Below are positions 9,325 through 19,165 of a DNA stretch of 50,652 nucleotides, piece by piece; within the stretch, counting starts at the first letter, position 1, and every line of letters starts with the position of its first letter. The position numbers and the translations under genes are program-made. The notes below the pieces were generated by a model. It had not been told where the DNA came from. It worked only from the letters and a program-made list of their open reading frames with translations, and searched no databases. This DNA comes from an uncultured Thiotrichales bacterium. GTDB lineage: Bacteria > Pseudomonadota > Gammaproteobacteria > CAZUMV01. The stretch covers positions 1 through 50,652 of the forward strand of contig CALIRD010000133.1 of the NCBI GenBank assembly GCA_938042355.1, in the 5' to 3' direction.

Positions 9325-9348
9325 CTGATCAATTTCAAAATTGATCAG
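9325..9348. promoter_or_regulatory. Perfect palindrome CTGATCAATTT-CA-AAATTGATCAG in a divergent promoter region (candidate operator)
   Basis: The 11-bp arms are exact reverse complements with a 2-nt spacer. Each arm holds a GATC. A third ACTGATC lies about 37 nt upstream. The site sits between divergent genes 8192-9247(-) and 9507-10043(+). Confidence 0.5.
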
Positions 9349-9506
9349 GCTATAGCTTACATTCCAGCGTGAATATATCCCAATCTACCTGTTCATGAAT
9401 ATAACACTGCCATTTCGGAGTTTGATTTCACTGCATCTCGACCAGATATCAGTCCTCCGGCTTAGATGGTAAAATCTGTTCTATACATTGTACTACCTGG
9501 CATCAA

Positions 9507-10043
9507 ATGTCGTTATCCAGCAAATATATTTACCCTTCACTTTCAGCACTGAAAGATTGCGCGGGGTGGCTGGAGATAACCCGGGAAACCACACCGCATG
9601 CCAACGTACTGAATCATGAAGGATTGCTAACTGATCAATTAAAACTCATCGCGGTCAACAAAATAGAGGTGGAGTGCATTTCACAACAATATGATGATCA
9701 CGATACCTTTCAACGCAGAGACGTCGCGATACTGGTAGATGACATGCCACGAGTACTGGCTTCAACTATCATTCCGGCTGATGTATTAATGCAGTGTCCT
9801 ACCTTGTTAACGCTGGGTGACAACCCTATCGGTGAACATTTGGAATGCACCTATGCAGCGATTCGATCAAAGCCGACTATAAAAACTTTGGCTGAATCGA
9901 ATCAATACAATAAAAATTTCAAAGATGACGATGCTTGTTGTATGAGAAAATATCACTACCGGATTAACAATGACGCAATCACCATTGTCGAGTTATTCTC
10001 AAGTAAAATACTCGAGCTTCTAGGTCAGCATAAGCAAGCCTAA
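9507..10043 (+). CDS. Chorismate-lyase-like (UbiC/DUF98 fold) protein
   Basis: 178 aa. LGDNPIGEHL and the C-terminal ITIVELF resemble the UbiC LGKTPLGRYL / LLLTELF segments as recalled. Similarity is weak. Confidence 0.45.
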   Translation: MSLSSKYIYPSLSALKDCAGWLEITRETTPHANVLNHEGLLTDQLKLIAVNKIEVECISQQYDDHDTFQRRDVAILVDDMPRVLASTIIPADVLMQCPTLLTLGDNPIGEHLECTYAAIRSKPTIKTLAESNQYNKNFKDDDACCMRKYHYRINNDAITIVELFSSKILELLGQHKQA

Positions 10044-11152
10044 ACCTTGATTAGTATTTTACCCATGTGTTTGGAACTGGACATGTATTCGAACGCTTCA
10101 ACCACATCTTCAAAAGCAAAAGTTTTATCGATCACAGAATCCACTTGATTAGCTGATATCGCTGCTACCATTTCTTCCAACATGGTTCGGCTAGCATTAC
10201 TAATAGCTTTCATAGTGATGTTTTTCATGTAGAAGCCCGGCATTTTGGGTAAATCTTTGGGCAAACGACCAGTACCAATCAAGATAACAGTAGCATTATT
10301 GGCCGAGGCCATCAGCGATTGATCCAAAGTTAAGCGACCGACATTTTCCAGCACAATATTGGCTCCCTGACCACCTGTTTGCTCCATCACTGCCTTACCC
10401 CAGTCAGGCGTCTTTTTATAATTAATGGTGATGTCTGCTCCAAGCTCTCGCATGCGCTTCAACTTGTCATCGCTGGATGAAGTCACGACTACCCTGGCAC
10501 CTGCCATTTTTGCCAATTGCACGCCCCAGGTAGAAACACCGCCAGTTCCCAGACTTAAGACTGTATCGCCAGGCTTGACCCGGGCCACGTGATGCAAAGC
10601 CTGCCAGGTGGTAACACCGGCACTGGCTATCGAGGCACCGGTTTGATCTGACACGTTATCTGGCAGCTTCACCAGACCTGACTCAGTCATAGTGGCCTGT
10701 TCGGTTAACCAACCATCAACAGTATTGCCTATGTCAGCCGCATACGCTTTGACCGGATCCCATAACCCGTCTACCCATTGAGAAAAGTGAGCGCTGGTCA
10801 CACGATCACCAGCAGCTACCCGAGTAACGCGGGCGCCCGTTGCGACTACTTCTCCACAACCACTGGTTAATGGAATCAAGTCATCCGGCTTGTCCTCAAG
10901 AAACCAACCTTTAACGATCGCCTGATCGCGTGCATTCAGAGAACACATATTTACCTTGATAGCGACCTCGAAATCATCCAGAGGTTTTTGAGTTCGTTCC
11001 ACCATCCTTAGCGTATCGAAACCGCCCTTTTCCCCGACTTCCCAGGCACGGAAACGCTCATTCATGGATGCAGCCAATAACTGCCAGGAAGGAACCGAAG
11101 CAAGCAGGGCCGATGCCGGCAATGCAGCAAGTAAACGACGTCGACTTAACAT
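10040..11152 (-). CDS. MDR-family NAD(P)-dependent (quinone/alcohol) oxidoreductase with an N-terminal twin-arginine signal
   Basis: N-terminus MLSRRRLLAALPASALLASVPSWQLLAA (SRRxLL plus hydrophobic region). Rossmann motif GTGGVSTWGVQLAKMAGARVVVTSSS. C-terminal HMGKILIKV is typical of zeta-crystallin-like MDRs. Confidence 0.85.
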   Translation of the reverse strand: MLSRRRLLAALPASALLASVPSWQLLAASMNERFRAWEVGEKGGFDTLRMVERTQKPLDDFEVAIKVNMCSLNARDQAIVKGWFLEDKPDDLIPLTSGCGEVVATGARVTRVAAGDRVTSAHFSQWVDGLWDPVKAYAADIGNTVDGWLTEQATMTESGLVKLPDNVSDQTGASIASAGVTTWQALHHVARVKPGDTVLSLGTGGVSTWGVQLAKMAGARVVVTSSSDDKLKRMRELGADITINYKKTPDWGKAVMEQTGGQGANIVLENVGRLTLDQSLMASANNATVILIGTGRLPKDLPKMPGFYMKNITMKAISNASRTMLEEMVAAISANQVDSVIDKTFAFEDVVEAFEYMSSSKHMGKILIKV

Positions 11153-11446
11153 AGTTTGTTCGCAATTTTTAGCTTTTGATTCAAATAGCTTACCTCAATA
11201 CAGATGCAATAGGGTTGTTACGATAACGGATCAAAATACGTTTTCACCTACCGAAAACCACCATAAACACAGTCTGTATAGACGTTGGAATATACTTCTG
11301 GTTTTATAGACAGTTTAGAAACACTTAACTTGTCTTGTGCCTTTTTCAGTGAAACAATGATCCGGTAGCGAGTGAGTTGTGTGAATGCGTGACAAAAGTA
11401 TCACTTGCACGAACGACTGCCCATCAACACCGTGGATACCAGCTTA

Positions 11447-12601
11447 ATGCAGCAATTCAATTTTCCGTTCGTAGCAACGAATCAGGAAGAAACCCAACTC
11501 AGAAACGAAGTTCGCTCTTTTCTTAAAGCAGAACTGGACTCAGGTGGGTATCAACCCTCAGCCGATTGCTGGATGACAGCCGCATCACCTGAATTCAGCG
11601 AAAAACTCGGTACTCAAGGCTGGCTTGGAATGACCTGGCCCAAACAATATGGTGGCCATGAGCGAACGACTCTGGATCGTCTGATCGTAACCGAAGAGTT
11701 ACTCGCCGCAGGAGCACCCGTTGCTGCCCACTGGATAGCCGACCGACAAACCGGTCAACAAATTATCAACTTTGGTACTGAAGAACAAAAGCAAACTCTG
11801 TTACCCAAAATGGCAGCTGGCAAGTCATTTGCCGCGATCGGCATGAGTGAGCCACAAGCAGGTTCAGATCTGGCGGCGGTGCGCACCAAAGCTGATAAGA
11901 CCGCGACAGGCTGGCGCTTAAACGGCCGAAAAATCTGGTCGACTGGAGCACATTTATGCGATCACATGATTGTCCTCGCCAGAACCTCCCCCGCCGAAGG
12001 GCGGAATCGACAAATTGGCCTGTCTCAATTTTTAGTGCCATTAAAAACGCGGGGCGTAGAAGTTTCCGGGATTGATGATTTATCCAACCATGTGCATTTC
12101 AATGAGACCTTGTTTGAAGACGTAGACCTGACTGAAGACGCCTTGCTCGGTAAAGAAGGTAATGGCTGGGCACAATGTATGGGCGAATTGGCATTGGAGC
12201 GATCCGGGCCAGAACGATTTTTATCAACGTTTATTTTACTGGAACAAGCGTTGACTGTACTGCGCGGTAAACTCGACAATCAGGGCTTGATTACACTCGG
12301 TCAACTCATTGCAAAGCTTCGATCACTTAGAATTATGTCTCGTGGTATCGCGCGCCAATTGGCACAAGGCATTCCATCAGATACGGAGGCTGCAATGGTC
12401 AAGGCACTTGGCAATGCCTTTGAAAAAGAAGTAGTCACTGCTACCCGACGCTTATTGAGCACTACACCCACGAATGAATGGCCTGCCGGACTTGCTGCGC
12501 TGTTAGACGACGCTGTACTAAAGTTACCGGCCAATACCTTGCGGGGCGGTACCACCGAAATTCTGCGCGGCATTATTGCTCGCCAACTGGGAATGCGTTA
12601 A
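11447..12601 (+). CDS. Acyl-CoA dehydrogenase (catalytic-type subunit)
   Basis: ACAD motifs: GMTWPKQYGG, AIGMSEPQAGSDLAAV, WRLNGRKIWSTGA, and C-terminal LRGGTTEILRGIIARQLG with the candidate catalytic Glu. The start is uncertain (ATG 11447 or TTG 11405). Confidence 0.85.
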   Translation: MQQFNFPFVATNQEETQLRNEVRSFLKAELDSGGYQPSADCWMTAASPEFSEKLGTQGWLGMTWPKQYGGHERTTLDRLIVTEELLAAGAPVAAHWIADRQTGQQIINFGTEEQKQTLLPKMAAGKSFAAIGMSEPQAGSDLAAVRTKADKTATGWRLNGRKIWSTGAHLCDHMIVLARTSPAEGRNRQIGLSQFLVPLKTRGVEVSGIDDLSNHVHFNETLFEDVDLTEDALLGKEGNGWAQCMGELALERSGPERFLSTFILLEQALTVLRGKLDNQGLITLGQLIAKLRSLRIMSRGIARQLAQGIPSDTEAAMVKALGNAFEKEVVTATRRLLSTTPTNEWPAGLAALLDDAVLKLPANTLRGGTTEILRGIIARQLGMR

Positions 12602-13566
12602 TGGACGCCTTGATTGCAGATACGGCAAAACGCATCTATGCCGACCACGCCGATGATACAACCGCTCTATGGCAAGCGCTTGAAGACAATGGCTTAAGTC
12701 GCGCCTGGGTTCCGGATGAGCTAGGTGGTACCGGGCTTGAGTTGTCGGATGGTTTTGCGCTGATCCGCCAGAGTGCGGGTGAACAAGCCAGCGTACCATT
12801 CGCAGAAACACTCATGGCTGGCTACCTGCTTGCAACCGCGGGGGCAGAAATGCCTGATGGTCAAATTACCATCGCCAGCTCCAGACAATATTCCGCAACT
12901 GAAGTGCCGTTCGCAGACCGTGCCGATCATGTTTTACGCCTGCAGCAAAACCAGATTCAATTGTTTAAAGTAGAAAATGCACAAATTATTTCTCATGTCG
13001 GTTCTGACCCGGTGGCCACTATCGATTTCGCACCACTCACTCCTGTGTCGAGTCACAAGGCTGCGGCATGGCTTACACCTGAAATCTACCAACAACTGGG
13101 GGCTGTCATTCGAACTGCGCAGTTGTGTGGCACGATGCAATACCAACTGGAATTAACCCTCGAACATACTTCAACACGTGAACAGTTTGGCCGTCCGCTG
13201 ACTAAATTTCAGGCGATCCAGCATCTGCTGGCAGAAATGGCAGGCGAGCTGGCAACCAGTAGCGCAGCGCTGGAAGGCGCAATCCAAAGCTTTAGTTTGG
13301 ATGCAGCACCGGACGCCATAGCCGTTGCCTGTGCCAAAGCACGCGCCAGCGAAGCGGCGGATATTGTCTCCCGGCATGCACATCAAGCGCACGGTGCGAT
13401 TGGCTATACCGGTGAATATTCTTTAGGCCGATTCAGTCGTCGCTTGTGGCAATGGCGCGAAGACTTTGGCAATGAGTTTTATTGGGGTAAACAGTTGGGC
13501 GAACAATTTTCACGCACCAGCTCAGGTGGATTAACTGAAGATATTTTTGGAGAGGTCAATGGCTAG
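12601..13566 (+). CDS. Acyl-CoA dehydrogenase-family protein, shorter partner subunit
   Basis: Its ATG overlaps the upstream TAA (TAATG). 321 aa. ACAD C-terminal helical-domain similarity (REQFGRPLTKFQAIQHLLAEMA, HQAHGAIGYTGEY). No GGTxEI-type catalytic Glu segment is evident. Confidence 0.8.
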   Translation: MDALIADTAKRIYADHADDTTALWQALEDNGLSRAWVPDELGGTGLELSDGFALIRQSAGEQASVPFAETLMAGYLLATAGAEMPDGQITIASSRQYSATEVPFADRADHVLRLQQNQIQLFKVENAQIISHVGSDPVATIDFAPLTPVSSHKAAAWLTPEIYQQLGAVIRTAQLCGTMQYQLELTLEHTSTREQFGRPLTKFQAIQHLLAEMAGELATSSAALEGAIQSFSLDAAPDAIAVACAKARASEAADIVSRHAHQAHGAIGYTGEYSLGRFSRRLWQWREDFGNEFYWGKQLGEQFSRTSSGGLTEDIFGEVNG

Positions 13567-14353
13567 TGTTGAATACCAAAAAAGTGGAAGAATAGTTAAA
13601 CTCACCTTGAACCGTCCCGATACACGCAATGCTTTAAGTCGGGATGTCATTGAAGAGTTAGTGGCTGGCCTTGATCGCGCTAATGATGATAGTGAAGTCA
13701 GCGTGGCTATCCTTATGGGAGCTGGCAAAGGTTTTTCCTCTGGTGGCAACTTGCAAGAGCTACGCGCTATGACCACCACTGACAAACTAACTCCGCAAGG
13801 CCTGGCAGACTGGTATTTAAATGGCATTCAGAAAATCCCGTTAACAATCGACAGGATAAACATCGTTACCATCGCTGCAGTACATGGCCACGCTATTGGC
13901 GCTGGCTGTGATCTGGCCGCTATGTGCGATTTACGCATAGCCGCGGATAACGCGAGCTTTGCAGAAAGTTTTCTACGGGTAGGTTTGATTCCCGGTGACG
14001 GTGGTGCCTGGTTTTTACCACGGATTATCGGTCTGGCACGTGCCAAAGAAATGTTATTTACGGCTAATCCCGTGAGTGCGCAAAAAGCCCTGGCTTGGGG
14101 GTTGGTAAGTGACGTGGTCAGCCTATCTGAACTGGAAGATGCCGCACTTAAGATGGCCACCAATATTGCCAACTTGCCACCAGCAGGTGTTCGCAAGGCC
14201 AAGCAGCTGGTGAGAAAAAGTGTCACTGACTCCCTGGCTGACAGCCTGGAAATGGCAGCCTATCTACAAGCTGAGCTGCAACAAATGGACGACCATCTGG
14301 AAGCGATAGACTCCATCCTGGAAAAACGAAAACCACACTTCACGGGTAAGTAG
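13559..14353 (+). CDS. Enoyl-CoA hydratase/isomerase (crotonase) family
   Basis: LNRPDTRNAL, GAGKGFSSGGNL and AAVHGHAIGAGCDLAAMCDLRIA (oxyanion hole). Overlaps the upstream stop by 8 nt. Confidence 0.9.
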   Translation: MASVEYQKSGRIVKLTLNRPDTRNALSRDVIEELVAGLDRANDDSEVSVAILMGAGKGFSSGGNLQELRAMTTTDKLTPQGLADWYLNGIQKIPLTIDRINIVTIAAVHGHAIGAGCDLAAMCDLRIAADNASFAESFLRVGLIPGDGGAWFLPRIIGLARAKEMLFTANPVSAQKALAWGLVSDVVSLSELEDAALKMATNIANLPPAGVRKAKQLVRKSVTDSLADSLEMAAYLQAELQQMDDHLEAIDSILEKRKPHFTGK

Positions 14354-14359
14354 TATTAT

Positions 14360-17300
14360 TTACCTGGTACTGGCTATATCCACTGAATATAAAGACTGCC
14401 GCAAGGCTTCAAGATCAGACAGCAGTACAGTCATTACTTCAAAATCAACATCTTTGACCTTGAGTGCATCCAGCGTATCTAAAAAGCGCTGCAATGCACT
14501 TTTGTTCGAATCTTTCCAGGCACGCAACAGCTCCCTCGCAGTGGTATCACCCATGGTGACAATGTCAGCACAAATCAGAGCGTGGGTGCGCATCAATCGC
14601 GTTTTTAAACCATGTTGAGCAATCAAGTGCCAATGGTTTTCAACCTTCAATCCATCGATGATTTGTGAAAGCTGATAGAGTTTCAACTCGCCGGTAATCG
14701 CATAGTAAACCTCGGTCACAGGTGCGACTTCTGCTTCTTTATTGGTAGCGACATCAGCCACATCAAGCGCATGGGGCAACAAGCGCATCGTTGCAGCCTG
14801 CTGAAGTAATGATGCCGGAACTTTATATCGTTTCAATTGCTGCAGGCGTTTGGCATGGTACTGCTTTGCCTTACCCGAGAGTGATTTGACAATCATGGCT
14901 TGATAGATTTCCAGTACCGGTCTGATCGAAGCAATGTTGGTCAGGATATCCAGTGGTTGTGGGCGATAATACAGAAGCCAGATAGTGGCTTCCTGAATGG
15001 TCTTGATAGCATCTCGATACAGGGAAGCCTGAACCCCAACCGGTACGATATTATCCAGCGCAGATACCTGCTCCCAGTAGTCATCCAGATCAAACAATGA
15101 CCAGGCGCAGGTAAACGCTGCAATAATATTGGCATAACTATGGCCTGTCATTTCAGCAATCCGAAAAACAAAAATTGGGCCACAGCGATTGATAACCTTG
15201 TTGACCAACTCGGTCGCCACAATCTCTTGGCGTAAGCGATGATCTACAATCTCGGGACGATACTTTTTTATCAGAACTTTGGGGAAGTAAGCTTCAATCA
15301 CCCGACGTGCAAACGGGTCATCCGGCAAATCTGACGCCAGTACTTTCTCATAGCACTGGATTTTACTGTACGCCAAAATTACAGCCAGCTCGGGCCAACA
15401 TAAAGGTAATCCTTGTTGATACCGATCTTCTAATTCTTCACGCGTCGCCAGACCTTCAAGCTCACGCTTCATCACTCCCTGCTGTTCAAGCACATCGATA
15501 AATCGCGCATGCTCACGAATTCGTTGACCCGCCTGACGCTGCTCCAGGTTTAGCGCCAAACTTTGTTGATAGTTATCATCAAGCACCAACTCCGCCACCT
15601 CTTCGGTCATAGTCGCCAACAGCTTGTTGCGCTGCTTCTCCTTTAGCTGACCTTTTTCCCTGACGGCATTCAATAAAATTTTAATATTGACTTCATGATC
15701 CGAAGTATCCACACCTGCTGAATTATCAATGAAATCGGTATAACAGCGGCCACCGTTTTGAGCGAATTCTATTCGCCCTGCCTGAGTAGCTCCCAAATTA
15801 CCCCCCTCACCAAGAACTCTGCATCTGAGCTCTTTTCCATCTACCCGCACAGCATCATTAGCGCGGTCTTTAGCATCCATGTGACTTTCAGAACCGGACT
15901 TGATGTAGGTGCCTATACCGCCATTCCAAAGTAAATCTACCGGCGCTTTCAATAACCGATGAATTAATTCATTCGGTGTCAGTTCTGAAGCACTGATACC
16001 TAACGCTGCTTTCGCTTCAACAGACAGTTTGATCGATTTTGCTGAACGTTCGTAAACTCCTCCGCCTTTTGAAATTAATTGGTTGTTGTAGTCTGTCCAC
16101 GCAGACTTCGGCTTGTTGAACAGGCGCTGCCGTTCTCGAAACGATTTTTCCGGATTTGGATCGGGATCAATAAAAATATGCATGTGATTAAACGCAGCAA
16201 GCAACTGTATTTGTCGAGATAACAACATGCCATTGCCAAATACATCGCCTGCCATATCGCCTATACCTACAGTAGTAAACGGCTGTTTTTGGATATCATG
16301 CTCAAGCTCAAGAAAATGACGCTTGACCGATTCCCAGGCACCACGCGCAGTAATACCCATCGCCTTGTGGTCATAACCCACCGATCCACCCGAAGCAAAG
16401 GCGTCTCCCAACCAGAATTTGTATTTTTTAGCGACCGCGTTGGCAATATCTGAAAACGTTGCTGTACCTTTGTCTGCCGCAACCACCAGATATGGATCAT
16501 CGCCATCGCGACGCACTACACCTTTTGGTGGTATGACGTCATTTCCAACCAGATTATCTGTCACATCCAGCAAACCCGATATAAATGTTTTATAACAAGC
16601 AATACCTTCACGCAAGAATGCTGCTCGCCCTCCCTTTTGTGGTGGCTGCTTCACATAAAAACCACCTTTCGATCCAGTCGGCACAATCACGGTATTTTTT
16701 ACCATCTGGGCTTTGACCAGACCCAACACTTCGGTTCTAAAATCTTCAGGTCGATCTGACCAACGCAAACCACCCCGGGCAACCCGACCACCTCGTAAGT
16801 GTACGCCCTCCACACGAGGCGAATAGACAAAAATCTCATACAAGGGTTTAGGTTCTGGCATGCCATCAATCGCATTGGAGTCAAACTTGAATGCGACATA
16901 CTCTTTGGCATCGCCTTTTGCATCGGGCTGATAATAATTGGTCCGCAATGTGCACTCAACCAGATTCAGGTAATGACGCAGAATACGATCATGATCAAGA
17001 TTCACAACCGTATCAATAGCCGCAAGTATTTCTGTGCGTAGCTCGCTGGCCTGATCTTCCCGCTGGTGATTTTCTTGCGGGTCAAACAACAACCTGAAAC
17101 AATCTATAATCAGGCGCGCGATGTGAGCATGCTCAAGCAAACAATCCACCACATAGCTTTCACTGTAACGCAGACCTAACTGTCGCAGGTAACGACTATA
17201 GGCTCGCAAAATCACGACCTCGCGCCAATTCAGTCCCGCAGCAACTATCAGCTTATTGAAACTATCGTTCTCTGCCTCACCACGCCATACACTCATGAAA

Positions 17301-19165
17301 GCTTCTTGAAAGTCTTCAGCCACCTCGGCTGGCTTTACTTTGACACCTGTTCCGCTTTGCAAATGAAACTCATGTACCCATGCCTTGTTATCCCCGCCTA
17401 ATTCAAGCCGGTAAGGTCGATCAGACATCACACGTAACCCCAGGTTTTCAATTACTGGCAATGCTTGTGAAGGTGCAATCGCTTCGCCCAGGGCAAATAA
17501 CTTCATCCGCACGTTACGACGCCCGCCCCCCGGGCTTTGATAGAGTTGTACACGCACTTTATTATTTTTATTGAGTAACTCGAACTGCATTGCATCAAGC
17601 ACACCAGAGCGCGCAGAGAAATCTGACTGATAACCCGGTCTGAAGGCATTGCCGTAACGGACCGCTAATTTACGACCCTTGTTTTCACCCAACTCATTTA
17701 CAAACTCTTCAGTAATGATGTCTTGCCAGGTTTTGGCAGCCTGCTGCAAACGTCGCTCAAGATCTGGTGTTGAAATTTTTTGTTTGCTTCCCTGCTTGAC
17801 CCTGACAATAAACTGAACCCGCGCCAGCACAGAGTGTGAAAAATAGGTTTGCGCCTGAATAGATTGACCCCGTAAGGCATCCATTAGCACTGCTTCAATG
17901 CGCTTGCGCAAATCGCGGTTATAGGTATTTCTGGGTATATAAACCAGACAGGTATAGAAACGGCTATAACGATCCTTGTTCATGAAAAAACGAACCTGCT
18001 TTCGTTCCTGCATGCTCAAAATGCCATGTGTTATTTCTTGCAGCTCAGCATTATCAATGGCAAATAAATTATCGCGCGGATAATTTTCAATAATATCGAT
18101 CAAGGTTTTGTAATCGTGTGAGCGTTTCGGCAAGTTACTTTGCTCCAGAACAAACTTTGCCTTTTTACTCACCAAGGGGATTTTCAATACACTCTTGTTA
18201 TAGGCGGTGGAGGTAAACAAACCCAGAAAACAATCTTGTCCAACAATCTTTCCTTGTTTGTTGTAACGATTTATACCAAGAAAGTCGAAATAACCAGCAC
18301 GATGAAGATGAGAACGTTGATTGGACTTCGCTACCACCAGGGTTTCTTCGCTATCGAGCAAGCCGGCGGTACCGCCTGGCAAATAGTCTTCATGCCCTTG
18401 ACGTAATAATCCCAAACCCGAGCCACGGGTATAATTCAGTGATTGGCGGTCGTTACTGAGTGAATCTTTGCAATAGCCGAGAAAAATAAAATTATCATCT
18501 TGCAGCCATTTGATAAAACGTGATGTTTCAGCAAGCCCACTAATGCCTTTCGTTCTCTTTAGCTCTGTACTGATCTGATCAAGCTGTTTAACTATTGGCT
18601 GCCAATCTTCACAACACGTTGCCACATCTTTCAGGACGGCACGCACCTCTTTAACGATACGATCCTGTCTTCTGCCAACACCGGACTTGTCCAGTTCAAA
18701 ATGCATTAACGATAAATGTGTGAAGCCTTTGCGCGCACGCTTGCCTGACACTATATCGACAACCTTGCCTTGTCTATTGCGCTTCACCGCCACCACGGGA
18801 TGTATCACCAAGCGAATATCCTGATTCAGGTCATTCAATTTCATAGTTACTGAATCGAGCAGAAAGGGGTTATCAGGGACCACTATCCGAAGAATAGAAA
18901 TATCACAAGCCAGTGGTGAGTGATAGAGATCCACTTTCGTTTGCTCTGGCTTGGAAGCGAGAACAACCCGTAGATGGCTTAAAACCTTACCAAGCAACTG
19001 GTCATCACTAATCGTCTCCAGCTCCTCGGGGGAGAGCAGATCAAAATACAATTCTGAAAAACGTTCAAATAGTGGCCGGTCTATTTTTGCTGCTGCCACC
19101 TCATCGATAACGACGCTACTGTTTAGTAAGCGTTTGATTCGATCATCTTGCCGATCCTTAGGCAT
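14360..19165 (-). CDS. gdhB: NAD-specific glutamate dehydrogenase, large (~180 kDa) GdhB type
   Basis: About 1600 aa. The central catalytic core (VPTGSKGGFY, GPDMGT-equivalent region, GIGDMAGDVFGNGML) is typical of the bacterial large NAD-GDH family. Start set to ATG 19165, which has AGGGA 7 nt upstream. Confidence 0.9.
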   Translation of the reverse strand: MPKDRQDDRIKRLLNSSVVIDEVAAAKIDRPLFERFSELYFDLLSPEELETISDDQLLGKVLSHLRVVLASKPEQTKVDLYHSPLACDISILRIVVPDNPFLLDSVTMKLNDLNQDIRLVIHPVVAVKRNRQGKVVDIVSGKRARKGFTHLSLMHFELDKSGVGRRQDRIVKEVRAVLKDVATCCEDWQPIVKQLDQISTELKRTKGISGLAETSRFIKWLQDDNFIFLGYCKDSLSNDRQSLNYTRGSGLGLLRQGHEDYLPGGTAGLLDSEETLVVAKSNQRSHLHRAGYFDFLGINRYNKQGKIVGQDCFLGLFTSTAYNKSVLKIPLVSKKAKFVLEQSNLPKRSHDYKTLIDIIENYPRDNLFAIDNAELQEITHGILSMQERKQVRFFMNKDRYSRFYTCLVYIPRNTYNRDLRKRIEAVLMDALRGQSIQAQTYFSHSVLARVQFIVRVKQGSKQKISTPDLERRLQQAAKTWQDIITEEFVNELGENKGRKLAVRYGNAFRPGYQSDFSARSGVLDAMQFELLNKNNKVRVQLYQSPGGGRRNVRMKLFALGEAIAPSQALPVIENLGLRVMSDRPYRLELGGDNKAWVHEFHLQSGTGVKVKPAEVAEDFQEAFMSVWRGEAENDSFNKLIVAAGLNWREVVILRAYSRYLRQLGLRYSESYVVDCLLEHAHIARLIIDCFRLLFDPQENHQREDQASELRTEILAAIDTVVNLDHDRILRHYLNLVECTLRTNYYQPDAKGDAKEYVAFKFDSNAIDGMPEPKPLYEIFVYSPRVEGVHLRGGRVARGGLRWSDRPEDFRTEVLGLVKAQMVKNTVIVPTGSKGGFYVKQPPQKGGRAAFLREGIACYKTFISGLLDVTDNLVGNDVIPPKGVVRRDGDDPYLVVAADKGTATFSDIANAVAKKYKFWLGDAFASGGSVGYDHKAMGITARGAWESVKRHFLELEHDIQKQPFTTVGIGDMAGDVFGNGMLLSRQIQLLAAFNHMHIFIDPDPNPEKSFRERQRLFNKPKSAWTDYNNQLISKGGGVYERSAKSIKLSVEAKAALGISASELTPNELIHRLLKAPVDLLWNGGIGTYIKSGSESHMDAKDRANDAVRVDGKELRCRVLGEGGNLGATQAGRIEFAQNGGRCYTDFIDNSAGVDTSDHEVNIKILLNAVREKGQLKEKQRNKLLATMTEEVAELVLDDNYQQSLALNLEQRQAGQRIREHARFIDVLEQQGVMKRELEGLATREELEDRYQQGLPLCWPELAVILAYSKIQCYEKVLASDLPDDPFARRVIEAYFPKVLIKKYRPEIVDHRLRQEIVATELVNKVINRCGPIFVFRIAEMTGHSYANIIAAFTCAWSLFDLDDYWEQVSALDNIVPVGVQASLYRDAIKTIQEATIWLLYYRPQPLDILTNIASIRPVLEIYQAMIVKSLSGKAKQYHAKRLQQLKRYKVPASLLQQAATMRLLPHALDVADVATNKEAEVAPVTEVYYAITGELKLYQLSQIIDGLKVENHWHLIAQHGLKTRLMRTHALICADIVTMGDTTARELLRAWKDSNKSALQRFLDTLDALKVKDVDFEVMTVLLSDLEALRQSLYSVDIASTR

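Noticed and set aside
12478-12600. ORF-track extension of the second ACAD gene, starting 123 nt upstream inside the first ACAD
   Set aside because: The extension translates out of frame through the conserved C-terminus of the upstream ACAD and gives a Cys/Arg-rich nonsense peptide. The ATG at 12601, in a TAATG overlap, gives a sensible N-terminus.
13828-14226. 132-aa minus-strand ORF within the crotonase gene; similar antisense ORFs lie within the ACADs, SulP, gdhB, ThuA (47165-47578) and the SDRs
   Set aside because: All lie opposite well-supported genes and have biased (Ala/Ser/Arg/Pro-rich) composition with no motifs.
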